Positions 13,309-28,695 are shown, numbered from the stretch's first letter. The stretch: 64,000 nucleotides of DNA from Octopus vulgaris (GCA_951406725.2 OX597840.1:5022001-5086000); one strand, 5' to 3'. Numbers and translations are program-made. The notes: generated by a model not told the origin, from the letters alone.

Positions 13309-13809
13309 CAATTCTTTGTTGCCCACATAGAGGGAACAAACAAGGACAAAAGGATTAAATCGATTATATCGACCCCAGTGCGTAACTGGTACTTATTTAA
13401 TCGACCCCGAAAGGATGAAAGGCAAAGCCGACCTCGGCGGAATTTGAACTCAGAACGTAGCGGCAGACGAAACACTGCTAAGCATTTCGCCTGGCGTGCT
13501 ATCGTTTCTGCCAGCTCGAAATAATAATAATGATAATAACAACAACAACAACAACAATAATTAAAAAAGGCATTGGAGTGCCATGCATACTCTGCGCGCA
13601 GATAAATTTTTCCCCAAATTCTAGTGTGGCTTACAATGTGTTGCCTACCCATCCTTGTTAATTGAAGTGAATGAATTTTTTTCTTTTTCAAGTATCACCA
13701 TTATATTATTATTATTATTTATAGGTGATATTAAGAAACAAAACCCAAACGAAACCCAAACACGCACAAACACACACACACACACACAGTCGCATATGTA
13801 TGTATGTAC

Positions 13810-13840
<31 letters not shown>

Positions 13841-14372
13841 TGTATGTATGTATGCATGTATGTATGTATGTATGTATGTATGTATGTATGTATGTACGTA
13901 TGTATGTATGTACGTAGGTATGTATTTATGTATGTATGTATGTATGTATGTATGTATGTATGTATGTATGTATGAATGTATATATGTATATATGTATGTA
14001 CGTATGTATGCATGTATGTATGTATGCATGCATGTATGTATGTATGAATGTATATATGTATATATGTATGTACGTATGTATGTATGTATGTATGTATGTA
14101 TGTACGTATGTATGTATGTATGTATGTATGTATGTATGTATGTATGTACGTATGTATGTATGTATGTATGTATGTATGTATGTATGTATGTATGTATGTA
14201 TGTATGTATGAATATATGTATGCAAGTACGAATGTATGTATGTATGTACGTACGTATGTATGTACGTATGTATGTATGTATGTATGTACGTGTGTATGTA
14301 TGTATGTATGTATATACGTACGTACGTATGTATGTATGTATGTATGTATGTATGTATGTATGTATGTATGTA
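11095..14372. repeat. Cluster of long (CTAT)n, (TA)n, (TACA)n, (AAT/GAT)n and (TATG)n microsatellites with interspersed SINE B fragments (12870-13008, 13310-13520)
   Basis: Direct reading. Confidence 0.9.
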
Positions 14373-14714
14373 CGCACACGTCTCTATGCGCATAGGTACA
14401 CCATGATCTATACACATGCAGACGAGGGTCGATTCATATGAAAAAGAAAGTGAATAAAATAATATGACCGCTTGCTCATCGGGAAATTTCTAAGTTCGAT
14501 TGTTTTTTATTGATAATCAAACCAAATGTTCATCTTTTCGATCCACTCACTCAATGAGTATTTCTGCCAAATGTGGTGAAAATCCGTTCAGCACGTTTCC
14601 AGTAATTTTACAAGCAAACAAAGACGAGTGATTACAATATCCTGCTTTTGCTTACACACGCAGTGTAACAACAACAACAACAACAACAATAGTAATAGTA
14701 ATGATAATAATAAT

Positions 14715-14764
<50 letters not shown>

Positions 14765-14765
14765 T

Positions 14766-14856
<91 letters not shown>

Positions 14857-14909
14857 TTAATAATAATATTAATAATAATAATAATAATAATATCAATAAT
14901 AATAATAAT

Positions 14910-15785
<876 letters not shown>

Positions 15786-15936
15786 GAACCCTGCGAAGAA
15801 TTCTGTTTGGACCTGCAAGAATTCTTTGCAGGATTCTTGAAGCATGACCAGTAAACAAATGTCGCCTTAATCTGCTGGCTGTGGACAGCTGACTCTTTCC
15901 ATCATACCCAGCAAAATAAACTCAGAGTTTTCATTA

Positions 15937-15984
<48 letters not shown>

Positions 15985-16017
15985 TATAATAATAATAATA
16001 ATAATGATAATAATAAT

Positions 16018-16108
16018 AAGATAGTGCTCATGGGAACTGCTCATATCCTACGCAAAATACTTTCTATGTAACCTCAAGGTTTGAAACAAACATAACTTCC
16101 GTTTTTTT
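16018..16108 (+). mobile_element. Short second copy of the R4/Dong-like 3' end
   Basis: Near-identical to 15379-15470 and preceded by (AAT)n. Confidence 0.85.
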
Positions 16109-16655
16109 GAATTTATGAATTCAAACGTCTATGTAGGTTTAGCCTTTGCTCACTTTCTTCAAATATTTTGATGTCGCATGGTCAGAAGGTTTGAGGTATG
16201 TAGCATTTGATAAATCTATGATAAATCTTTTTCAATGGAAAGCTGTGCTGAAGAAGGATGTGAAATATATATGCAATATATATGAAATATATATAAAAAA
16301 TATATGGAATATATATTCAATATGTTTATAATCCAGAAACATGATGTTCACAGATAACCGCCAGACTTCGTATTCGTTATCTATTCCTTCTGTTTTGCAT
16401 ATGTGAATTGCAGGGTCTGTCATGCCCGGAGTCCAACTTTGATAGAAATAAGCATTCTTGACTGCTATTTCTATTTTTTCGGTATGCGGTCAAGCAACCT
16501 GTTTTGCCTGTCCCTTTTTCTTATATACAATATATATACTGAACTTTACAGAAGTTCCTGCCGGTAATCGGCTATATTTACATACCGAATTCTACCAGTA
16601 AATAATTGGGGGTTTTTTTAAAAGCCTTTATAGAAATTATTTACTCTTATCATTA

Positions 16656-17038
16656 TCTCTCTCTCTATATAAACGGCAGTTTGTCTGTGCGTGTTTCTGT
16701 GTGTCTGTTTTCTTGTACCCTCACCCTGACCACGGCTTTCAACCGATTCTGATGAAACTTGACACACACATAGCCCAATGTCATAATTCAAAACTAACAC
16801 AGCGAAAATTTTGAAAAGTTCCTCCAGTTCTGAAAAAATCGATAAATTCGACATGGGGTCGAGAATCAGAAACACAAACCGCAAACTGTCTAGGAGACGC
16901 AACTCCACCTTTTTTAACTAAAAAAAAATTTACTATCATTTTTTTCCATCTTTTTGCTGTTTTTTGGCTGTAACTCTCTAAAAATGCTTTATAGTTATTT
17001 CCCTTACAAACCTGAGCAACGCCGGGCGATACTGCTAG
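16656..17038 (+). mobile_element. Non-autonomous Helitron, second subfamily
   Basis: A|TC start. The 3' end CCTGAGCAACGCCGGGCGATACTGCTAG|T is shared with the 9656-10050 copy, but the 5' half differs. Confidence 0.85.
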
Positions 17039-18227
17039 TATTATATATATATATATATATATACAATAATTTATATTCATGTTTTTTAATAACTGCTTGT
17101 ATTTTTATCTTATATGCATTGCATAATATACTATATTATTATGTTATGGTTGTCGTTTTGATAAATAAATAAGTCAACATTTTAATGACCTAAAGTTGAT
17201 GAACCAACTAATGTGCTTCTCCATTTTCTTATTTGCTATATAAATTAATGGTAAAATATTTCTTTACCTTCACCCATTTAATACAATAAGTAAGTTAATT
17301 GCTTTGCAATTAAAAACACTTGTGTATTAATGATTGAGTATTATACCAACAGTATATTGGATAAATATTATCTCTTACTGGGTTGGATCAACAACCCCTA
17401 ACATTCTTGGTGTTATATGTATATGTATATACTCTTTTACTCTCTTTTACTTGTTTCAGTCATTTGACTGCGGCCATGCTGGAGCACCGCCTTTAGTCGA
17501 GCACATCGACCCCAGGACTTATTCATTGTAAGCCTAGTACTTAATATATCGGTCTCTTTTGCCGAACCGCTAAGTTACGGAGACGTAAACGCACCAGCAC
17601 AAAGCTAGCATTTTTTTTTTCAAGGAGGAGATGAGAGTCAATAAATTCTCCATTTTATCAACTTTCGAAAGAATGAAAGGCAAAGTTGAACACGCCGAAA
17701 TATTGAGATCGAATCTGCTGAAAATAGAACCCGGTGCATTGATTCGCTCTGGGGCCTAAATTATTATTAAAACGGTATTGGATTCGACCCGAAGCCATTG
17801 TACAAGACAAAAATGCTCTGCAATGTTTCTTCCGGTTCTCTACGTTCAGAGTTCAAATTATAGCAAGGACAATTTTACCTTTTTTTCCTTTGAGGTCGAT
17901 AAAATAAATATCAGTTGAACACTGTAATCGATATAATTGATTTGTCCTCTTTCCCTCAAAATTCCTGGTCTTGAACTCTGCAACAGATCGGGGTCACGTT
18001 CGGGTGGAATTTCGGTTACTTTTATGCCATGAAAACCGAATAACGGGTTTATGAGTCTTAGAACAGAACTAAAAGAAAATCAAAAACAAACATGGTTCCG
18101 GTTTCAATACTACTACATGGCACCGTGGGCAAGAGTCTTTTATTATGGCCTCGGGCTAACCAAAGCCTTGTGAGTGGATTTGGTAAATAGAAACTAAAAG
18201 AGATCCGCCGTGTCTATCTATCTATCC

Positions 18228-18304
<77 letters not shown>

Positions 18305-18342
18305 ACTGTCTGTCTGTCTGTCTGTCAGTCTGTCTGTCTGTG

Positions 18343-18403
<61 letters not shown>

Positions 18404-18491
18404 GTCTGTCTGTCTGTCTGTCAGTATGTCTGTCTGTCTGTCTGTCAGTCTGTCTGTCTGTCTGTCAGTCTGTCTGTATGTCTGTCTGTCA

Positions 18492-18524
<33 letters not shown>

Positions 18525-18749
18525 GCTAGCAGAACCGTTAGCACGCCGGGCGAAATGCGTAGCCGTATTTCGTCTGTCGTTACGTTCCGAGTTCAAATTC
18601 CGCCGAGGTCGATAAATTAAGTACCAGTTACGCACTGGTGTCAATGTAATCGACTTAATCCCTTTGTCTGTCCTTGTTTGTCCCCTCTGTGTTTAGCCCC
18701 TTGTGGGTAATAAAGAAACATATCTATCTATCTATCTGTCTGTCTGTCG

Positions 18750-18815
<66 letters not shown>

Positions 18816-19234
18816 ACGGCGATTTAGATTAATGGTTCAGAGCATATATAGGCGCAGGCGTGGCTGTGTGGTCATAAGTTTGATTTCCAGTCACCTGGTT
18901 CCGAGTTCAGTCCCACTGTATGGCACCTTGGGCAATTGTGACTACCGCTTGACAACCGTAACTTAGCAGTTCGGCAAATGAGAACCGATACAATATATAC
19001 CACGCTTTAAGAAAATATAAATACCGGGGTCGATTCATTCCATTAAAAATTCTTCAAGCTAGTGCCCCAGCATGGCCGCAGTCTAATAACTGAAACGAGT
19101 AAAATCTAAAATATAAGCTTATATCGAGTCGGTGATCAATCGCCATTACTAACGAGATGTCGAGTTTGTTGATATCTTGTTCAAATACAAAATAATTGCA
19201 TTCCTAGAGCTGTCTTTTATGGCCAACTCGCTAA

Positions 19235-19422
19235 TCATGGCAAGCGTTCTGTTGGAGCATCACTGAAGCGTTTCTGAAGATTCTCTGAAAGGAAATCCGA
19301 AGATTGGTCATAAGATGAGCCAAGCTGTGGCTGACTTAACCTTCCAGGATTTAGCGATTGTCTTTTTGTTTTTAACGACAGGAGTGAGTAGCGACCGCGC
19401 TCTCTACCGACGTAGACTCCTA
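19235..19422 (-). CDS. Candidate terminal coding exon (phase 1), prepropeptide-like
   Basis: A pyrimidine tract and TTTTCAG| acceptor sit where unique sequence begins. The frame is open for 62 codons, [27 protein letters not shown]...[14 protein letters not shown], with two KR sites. No homology recognised. Confidence 0.35.
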
Positions 19423-19424
19423 CT

Positions 19425-20170
19425 GAAAAGGGGGAAGGAAGAGAAGGAGGAGGAAGGAGAAGTAGGAGGAGGAGGAGGAGGAGGAGGAGGAGGAAGGATA
19501 AGAAGGAGGAGAAGGATGTGGAGGGAGGGAGGGAGGAGGAAGGAGGAGGAAGGAGGAGGAAGGAGGAGGAAGGAGGAGAAGGAGGAGGGAGGTGGAAGGA
19601 GGAGGAAGGAGGAGGAAGGAGGAGGAAGGAGGTGGAAGGAGGAGAAGGAGGTGGAAGGAGGAGAAGGAGGTGGAAGGAGGAGGAAGGAGGAGGAAGGATG
19701 AGAAGGAGGAGGAAGGAGGAGGAGAAGTAGGAGGCAGGAGGAGAAGGAGGTGGAAGGAGGAGGAAGGAGGTGGAAGGAGGAGAAGGAGGTGGAAGGAGGA
19801 GAAGGAGGAGGAAGGAGGAGAAGGAGGTGGAAGGAGGAGGGAGGAGAGGAGGAGGAAGGAGGAGGAAGGAGGAGGAAGGAGGAGGAAGGAGGAGGAAGGA
19901 GGAGGAAGGAGGAGGAGGAGGGAGGGCGGGGAGAAGAGGATTAAGAGAAGAAGGAAAAAGAAGAGGAGGAAGAAAAGGAAGACGAGAAGGAAAAGGCAAA
20001 AGAAGAGGAAAAAGAAATGGAGGGGAAAAAAGAAGAGGAAAACTACCACAAAAAACGAGGAAGCGGAGAAGAGGAAGAGACAGAGGAGGAAGAGGGAAAA
20101 GAGAAGAGGAAGAAGAAGAAACAGGAAGGGGAAGGCGAAGAGGAGGAGGAAGAGAAAGGAGAAGGTGATG
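19425..20170. repeat. ~750-bp polypurine (GGA/GAA) low-complexity tract
   Basis: Direct reading. Confidence 0.95.
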
Positions 20171-20384
20171 AGGGGTGCACAACATCACCCAGATTGATAG
20201 CATCGTTCTATAAGATAGATTTTTAAAGTTTTATTTTCCGTTTTTTTGTTTTATAATTTCTTTCCTTCTTGGTCTCAGCACGGTCAGTTTCTACTTGACC
20301 TCGTTTCTTTTGCTAATCTGGAGAGCCAGAGTCATGGACTGGACAGGATAGAGAAAGAGAGAGAGGGGTGGTGGAATGCAGCAT

Positions 20385-20434
20385 CATCCATCATACATCA
20401 TTATCATCACCACGACCACCACCACTATCACCAC

Positions 20435-20466
<32 letters not shown>

Positions 20467-20547
20467 ACACTACCATCATGATCATGATCATCATCGTCAT
20501 CATCATTATCATCATCATCATCATCACCACCACCACCATCGTCGTCG

Positions 20548-20602
<55 letters not shown>

Positions 20603-20780
20603 CATCATCATCACCACCACCACCACCACTACCATCACCACCACCACCATCACCACCATCATCATCATCATTACTGTCATCATCACCGTCATCATCATCA
20701 TCATCATCGTCGTCGTCGTCGTCGTCGTCGTCGTCATCATCATCATTACCACTACCACCACTACCATCACCACCACCAGC
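20385..20780. repeat. (CAT/CAC/CGT)n trinucleotide tract
   Basis: Direct reading. Confidence 0.95.
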
Positions 20781-21553
20781 CTACAGCTCACACCGATTGG
20801 CTGTACATGGTATGAGTCCCCGTTCCGCACACATGCGCAAATAACCTTGCTGTCTTGTGCAAGAGAAGAGATAGCAGAGAGAGAGAGAGAGGGGGGGGAG
20901 CAAGACAAAGGTCGAGTGTGTAAACTTTACAGTAAAATCTTTAAATTTTATCCGTCCTCGGTTTAAAGTTCCCATCTGGCTCTTGAGTTACCTTCAACAA
21001 GGTCCACTCTGGTGCAACCATTCGGATCATTTTTTCGGTATAAGGATGATCTTCGCTCGCTTTCCTACTAATGTCAGACGCTCTGTAAACGGTTTAGGGT
21101 TCTGTCAACCCCTTCTTTTCAGCAAAACATAAAAATAATTTTAAATCTGGGGTGGAGCCCTTAAGAGATTTCGGGGTTTCCCCCTTCCTTCTATCAATGT
21201 TTATAGGCTCAATAAATGGGTTTTAAACGGTCTTGGGTTCTGTCAGCCTTTCGCTGTTCAGCAAGAGATTTGTTTTAGGCTAAAAATTGGTACGGAGCCT
21301 TTAAGAAGGTCCGGTGTTTCTCCCGCCCTTTTATCAATGTCACAAGCTCAGTAGAAGGCCTTGGCTACTACTAACAGTTATCTCTCCTCTGCATCCTCCA
21401 AGGTAACGTTGGGTCACTGGAGATCTTCCCCTATCACATCCAGCCATGATTGTTACTGAATATCTCTTTGAGAGATTTAGAAATAATAATGTTTCTCTCT
21501 CTCTCTGCCTCTCTCTCTGTCTCTCTGTCTCTGTCTCTGCCTCTGTCTCTCTC

Positions 21554-21630
<77 letters not shown>

Positions 21631-21673
21631 GTATATATATATATGTATATATATATATGTATATATATATATA

Positions 21674-21733
<60 letters not shown>

Positions 21734-21769
21734 TATAAATATATATATATATATATATCTTTCTTTTTC

Positions 21770-22172
21770 TTTTACTTGATTCAGTCATTTGACTGCGGCC
21801 ATGCTGGAGCACCGCCTTTAGTCGAGCAAATCGACCCCGGGACTTATTCTTTGTAAGCCCAGTACGAATTCTATCGGTCTCTTTTTGCCGAACCGCTAAG
21901 TGACGGGGACGTAAACACACCAGCATCGGTTGCCAAGCAATGCTAGGGGGACAAACACAGACACACAAACATATACACACACATACATATATATACACAT
22001 ATATGTATACGATAGGCTTCTTTCAGTTTCCGTCTACCAAATCCACTCACAAGGCTTTGGTCAGCCCGTGGCTATAGCAGAAGACACTTACCCAAGGTGC
22101 CACGCAGTGGGACTGAACCCGGAACCATGTGGTTTGTAATCAAGCTACTTACCACACAGCCTTTCCTGCGCC
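21770..22172 (-). mobile_element. SINE family A, full length
   Basis: Matches 8741-9189. Confidence 0.9.
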
Positions 22173-22187
22173 TGTATATATATATAC

Positions 22188-22219
<32 letters not shown>

Positions 22220-22220
<1 letters not shown>

Positions 22221-23702
22221 AGGAAAATGACAAATACTTGGATGCGTGTATAGACGCAATTTCAAAATTTCCCCTAAATACCCTGAGATGTAAACAAAAC
22301 CTATGTGAAAAGGAAAAGGAAGCCTTACAAACACTGAAGAATGATAACACAATCATCCTTAAAGAACTCGACAAGGGGGGGGGGGTGACAGTTGTTATCA
22401 TGGACAAAGACTATTATAAAGATAAAATATTGGGAATGTTAACAAACCAAACAAGGAAGAACCAAGACACTCAGAAAAAACAATAATGAATAAAATCAGA
22501 AGACAAATCAATGAATTCCAAGATTCCTTCACTGACATGGAAAAAGAGTATATATGCAACTCTCTAATCAAAGAGTCCAATTTTTATGGATTACCTAAAA
22601 TACAAAATGCCATAAATAAGCAGAAAAACCAATACATAAAAATACTAAGACCTGCTGACCTCAAACTAAGGCCAATAGTTGCTGGACCTCAAGCACCAGC
22701 ACAACAGCTGTCATTTTCTAGATATACTCCCAAAACCTTTGTGGCCATTAATATTCAGCTATCTACGGGTTGGCATAGATTTCATTCAACACATTGCCCC
22801 CACTGTTACAGAAGGTACTATACTAGCAAGTTTTGATAACACTAATCTCTATAGCAAGACAGTCAGTCACCGGCTGACACTCGCTGACAATACATCAAAG
22901 AGGCCAGGGAACAGAAGAAAGAAGAAGATGCACCCAACACCAGAGCTGAAGACATCTCCGAAGGGGGGTCCACGTCAAAACGGTAGAGGAGTAGGGGCCG
23001 AAACCGGACGTGGTTCCTCCTGATGATGTCTTGAGCTAACTGGATCCTATAAAGGAGCTGTTGTGGTAGCAGACCACGAAACACGGTTGTAATTCCTTCC
23101 TCACACTTTAGGCTTAGAAGCAATCAAACACTGGGTAGAAAAACATAGAGAACGGATAAATGAACGCTTCAAGACTGACTTCATCACCAAGGCCACACGC
23201 CTAGTACTAGAAGAAACATATCAGCAGATAAATGGCACGGCTATGGGCACGCAATTTGCACCCTCATATGCAAACTTAGTTATGGGATACTTAGGAGGAA
23301 AACTCTATGAGGAAGTAGAAAAAACTTTTGATCAGGAATACAAGAAATATATCATTAAAAAGTGGAAACGCTTCCTTGATGATTGCTTCATCTTTTGGGG
23401 GAAATCGAATGAAGATCTAAATATATTTAGCAATATACTGAATACACTTCACCCTTCCATCAAATTTACAATGGAATCCAGTTTCAATGAACTACCATTC
23501 CTGGATATTCACATAAAAATACTAAACTGCACAGTCACAACAGACATATTTTGTGTGGTAAGTAGCTTGCTAACCAACCACATGGTTCCGGGTTCAGTCC
23601 CAGTGCGTGGCATCTTGGGCAAGTGTCTTCTGCTATAGCCCCGGGCTAACCAATGCCTTGTGAGTGGATTTGGTAGATGGGAACTGAAAGAAGCCTGTCG
23701 TA

Positions 23703-23789
<87 letters not shown>

Positions 23790-24845
23790 TGTGTTTGTGT
23801 GTCTGTGTTTGTCCCCCAGCATTGCTTGACAACCGATGCTGGTGTGTTTATGTCCCCGTTACTTAGTGGTTCGGCAAAAGAGACCGATAGAATAAGTATT
23901 GGGCTTACAAAAAGAATAAGTCCCGGGGTCGAGTTGCTCGACTTAAAGGCGGTGCTCCAGCATGGCCGCAGTCAAATGACTGAAACAAGTAAAAGAGTAA
24001 AGAGAAAGAGTATACATACCAATATTTAAATTTTTACTCCTGCCATCCATCACACATCAAAAGAAACATCACATACAGCATGGCTAAACGCATCTGTGCT
24101 ACAGTAAGTGACCCTAAAACACGTGAAATCAGACTCAACGAACTCAAAGGCTTCCTTACTATACAAAATACCCCTTAGGCTTAATTAATGAAGGAATTAA
24201 AAAGGCGATGAAACTGAATATCACCCAACTACGGACACCTGAGGAAAAAGTTAATGAAAACACGATTCCGTTCATTAACACACACAGTCCTGGAATAACC
24301 AACATCTTTTACACCATAAAATCCAACTTGCCTATACTCCTACAAAGCCCTAGAATGAAAACTCTGATTGAAAAAAACACCTTACGAAATAGCAGACGCC
24401 AACTAAAAAATCTTAAAAAGCACCTCACAAGGGCAGAATTCAGATCAGAGAAGGAACCAGAATTCGTAGTAAATCAATGTAGAGATAGATGTGGAACTAG
24501 TAACAAAGCCAAAAACTTCAAGTATATAGAAAGTGATTCCCACATAAAGTTCGAGAACGGAACCATTTTTTTTTTTAAATGCAGATATGCATTACCTGTC
24601 CAAACTGTAAAGAAAATTACATAGGCGAAACAATTTACTCCCTCTGCCAACGTGCAAGAATTCACAAGCAACATATCCGGCAAGAAGAACTACGAAAGAT
24701 TCCATTGAGTAAGCATCTAGAAATATGCGGAGACGGAAAGTTCGAAATCTTTCCATTTTACAAATGTACACGGGACGATCCGCAATACCGAAAGGCAATG
24801 GAACTACACTTCATAAAAAAATACTCTCCGAAATTAAATGTTTGA
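22220..24845 (+). mobile_element. Degenerate Penelope-like element (RT plus GIY-YIG endonuclease) with frameshifts and two insertions
   Basis: IILKELDKGG, FYGLPKI, LRPIVAG, SFD.TNLYS, GTAMGTQFAPSYANL, RFLDD, LPFLDI, then C..C..NYIGET...R...H and E..FIKKY.PKLN*. Confidence 0.9.
23551..24010 (+). mobile_element. SINE family A inserted in the Penelope RT thumb region
   Basis: Family A sequence interrupts the frame after TTDIF, and Penelope sequence resumes near 24015. Confidence 0.9.
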
Positions 24846-25329
24846 AAGAAATTAAATGAAGAAAGAAAAGCAAAGCGTACGTTTTGTATGTATGTATATT
24901 TATATATGTATGGGTATGATATATTTAGTTATTTTATTTTACTAATGTATTTTCATACAGAACTACACCTTACCAAAAATAAATAAATAAATGTATGACA
25001 GGAATATATTCTAAATATAACTCAAAGAATATGAAAGGAGAGGACTAAAACAGAAACGACATTTTAAAATTATTTTTTATTTCTTATTCTCTATTTTTTC
25101 TTTCTGTTTTCTTTTTCTTTTCTTTCTTTTCTTACCATCCCTAAAAACCATTTCAAAACATTGGTGGAAGCAGTAAACAAGTTTTTACTTTTATTTCTTT
25201 CTTTCTTTAATTTTTTTTTTGACAATCCTTAAAAAGACTATTTCAATACTATGAAAAGTGGTGGATAGGAAAATGAATAGCCCTTCTCTCTCTCTCTCTT
25301 TTACTCTACCCATGTTTCTATCTGTCTGA

Positions 25330-25408
<79 letters not shown>

Positions 25409-25601
25409 CCATTGTCTTCAAAGCCTCACCCCATCAAAAAAAAACAATGTTCTCTTCTAAAAATATCCCTCCAAAATATCTGTTTTATATATATAAGCAA
25501 GTTATCTGTATATTCACAGTCTTGTAATTGACAAGTTCGAAAAACGAACGAAAGCGCTAATATGAAAATGAAGATATAATAATAAAAAAAGTTCTTTCCA
25601 A

Positions 25602-25655
<54 letters not shown>

Positions 25656-26164
25656 ATGTATGTATGTATGTATGTATGTATGTATGTATGTATGGATGTG
25701 TGTATATGTTTGTGTGTCTGTGTTTGTCCCCCCAACATCGCTAGACAACCGATGCTGGTGTGTTTACGTCGCCGTAACTTAGCGGTTCAGCAAAAGAGAC
25801 CGATACAATAAGTACTAGGCTTACAAGCAATAAGTCCAAAGAATAAAGGCGGTGCTCCAGCATGGCCACAGTTAAATGACTGACACAAGTAAAAGAGTGA
25901 TTAATTGCAAAGTGCCATTCTTTAAAACTTCACAGCCAAGCCTCTCCCATTGGCCACCTAAGATATCGTAGCATCCGGTTTGCCAATGTTCTTCTTGTCA
26001 TCTTCCAAATTAAGATGACATTGAAAGAATTTCCTTACCAAAATTTTCCTCATTCTTTTGTGAATTCTTCGCTCATTTTTTAGTTTCTTCATGTCTTTAT
26101 ATTTCTTCGTTTCAAGCTCTCCTTTCTCTTATTACTCTCCTTTTTTTCACACTCATTCTCGCTC

Positions 26165-26247
<83 letters not shown>

Positions 26248-26416
26248 ACACACACATACACACACATACACATACACATATACACATACACACACACATA
26301 CACACACACATACACACACACACACACACACATACACACACACATACACACACACACACACTCATACGCTCGCAAGCGGGCGCATACATGCATACATACA
26401 TCATACACATACATAA

Positions 26417-26898
26417 TGGTGTGTTTATGTTCCAGTAACTTAGCGGTTCGGCAAAAGTACTTATGTACTAGGCTTCCAAGGAATAAGTGTCTGGGCGTCG
26501 ATTTGTTTCAGTCACTTGACTGCGGCCATGCTGGAGCAGAGCCTTTAGTCGAGCAAATCGACACCAGGACACTTATTCTTTGGAAGCCTAGTACATAAGT
26601 ACTTTTGCCGAACCGCTAAGTTACTGGGACATAAACACACCACCATCGGTTATCAAGCGATGTTGGGGGGACAAACACTGACACACAAACATATACACAC
26701 AGATACATACATATATATATATACATATACATATATACGACGGGCTTCTTTCAATTTCCGTCTACCAAATCCACTCACAAAGCTTTGCTCGGCCCGAGGC
26801 TATAGTAGAAGACACTCGCCCAAAGTGCCACGCAGTGGAATGAACGCGGAACCATGTGGTTCGATAAGTAAGCTACTTACCACACAGCCACTCCTACG
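26417..26898 (-). mobile_element. SINE family A with an inverted partial duplication
   Basis: 26417-26504 is the reverse complement of ~26553-26642. Confidence 0.8.
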
Positions 26899-26899
26899 C

Positions 26900-27117
26900 T
26901 TGGCAGAACCGTTACACGCCGGGCGAAATGCGTTGTCGTATTTTGTCCAGCTTTACGTTCTGAGATTCAAATTCCGCCGAGGTCGACTTTACCTCTCATC
27001 CTTTCGGGGTCGATAAATTAAGTACCAGTTACGCACTGGGATCGATATAATCGACTTAATCCATTTATCTGTCCTTGTTTGTCCCCTCTGTGTTTATCCC
27101 ATTGTGGGTAGTAAAGA

Positions 27118-27119
<2 letters not shown>
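26900..27119 (+). mobile_element. SINE family B monomer
   Basis: TGGCAGAACCGTTA...TTCAAATTCCGCCGAGGTCGAC...AAAGAAAC. Confidence 0.85.
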
Positions 27120-27185
<66 letters not shown>

Positions 27186-27194
27186 CATATATAC

Positions 27195-27258
<64 letters not shown>

Positions 27259-27664
27259 GGCGCAGGTGTGGTAAGTAGCTTGTTTACCAGCCATATGGTT
27301 CCGGGTTCAGTCCCACTGCGTGGTACCTTGGGCAAGTGTCTCCTACTATAGCCTCGGCCCGACCAAAGCCTTGTGAGTGGATTTGGAAGACAGAAACTGA
27401 AAGAAGCCCGTCGTATATATGTATATATATATAAGTGTGTGTGAATATGTTTGTGTGTCTGTGTTTGTCTCCCTAGCATTGCTTGACAACCGATGCTGGT
27501 GTGTTTACGTCCCGTCACTTAGCAGTTCGGCAAAAGAAACCGATAGAATAAGTACTGGGCTTACAAAGAATAAGTCCCGGGGTCGATTTGCTCGACTAAA
27601 GTCGGTGCTCCTGCATGGCCGCAGTCAAATGACTGAAACAAGTAAAAAGTAAAAGAGTAAAAGA

Positions 27665-27665
<1 letters not shown>
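27259..27665 (+). mobile_element. SINE family A, full length
   Basis: Head, body and tail as in the other copies. Confidence 0.9.
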
Positions 27666-27720
<55 letters not shown>

Positions 27721-27950
27721 ACACGCACTTATATAGCTGGCATGTATCTATGAATGTATATACACACATACATACGCACGCACACAGATATACACACATA
27801 AACACAAACACATACGCGCACCTTCCCAACTATTTTCTTGCCACATGTCTTTTGTTCCGCTATAACACCTACGCTTTTACCAGACTTCCAGCTTCTTACC
27901 TGTTCATCCTACACAAACACAAGAGCTCTCCCTCTCACTCTCTCTCTCAT

Positions 27951-27981
<31 letters not shown>

Positions 27982-28313
27982 GCAAGTATGTCGATATGTG
28001 TTTGAATCTATAGCTACATCTCTACATGTATACATAAAAGTATATACACAACTATACTCATACTGCAATTTATAAATATAAATATCTTTACACAGCCGAA
28101 TGAAATATATATGTGTACATATGTCTGTGTCATTGGACGCGCCTGTGGTATGTATGTTAAGCATACACATAACACTAACACATATACATAATATTTATAT
28201 ATATACATATATATACACACACACACATATATATATATATATTTATTTTTTAAAATTTTATTTTATCTAGTTTCAGCTCACGAGCTGTGGCCATATATAT
28301 ATACATATATACA

Positions 28314-28498
<185 letters not shown>

Positions 28499-28639
28499 AT
28501 ACATATATATATACATACGCACATACATATTTAAAGGAACTGTTTTTTTAAGATGTATATGTGTTTGTGTGTGTATACATGTATATGAATTATATGATAA
28601 ATATATATCACATAGCTACATACATACACACACACGCGC

Positions 28640-28695
<56 letters not shown>

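Noticed and set aside
19235-20203. Full 322-aa Pro/Ser/Leu-rich ORF
   Set aside because: The portion above 19423 is the translated (CCT)n tract. Only the unique 3' part was kept as a candidate exon.
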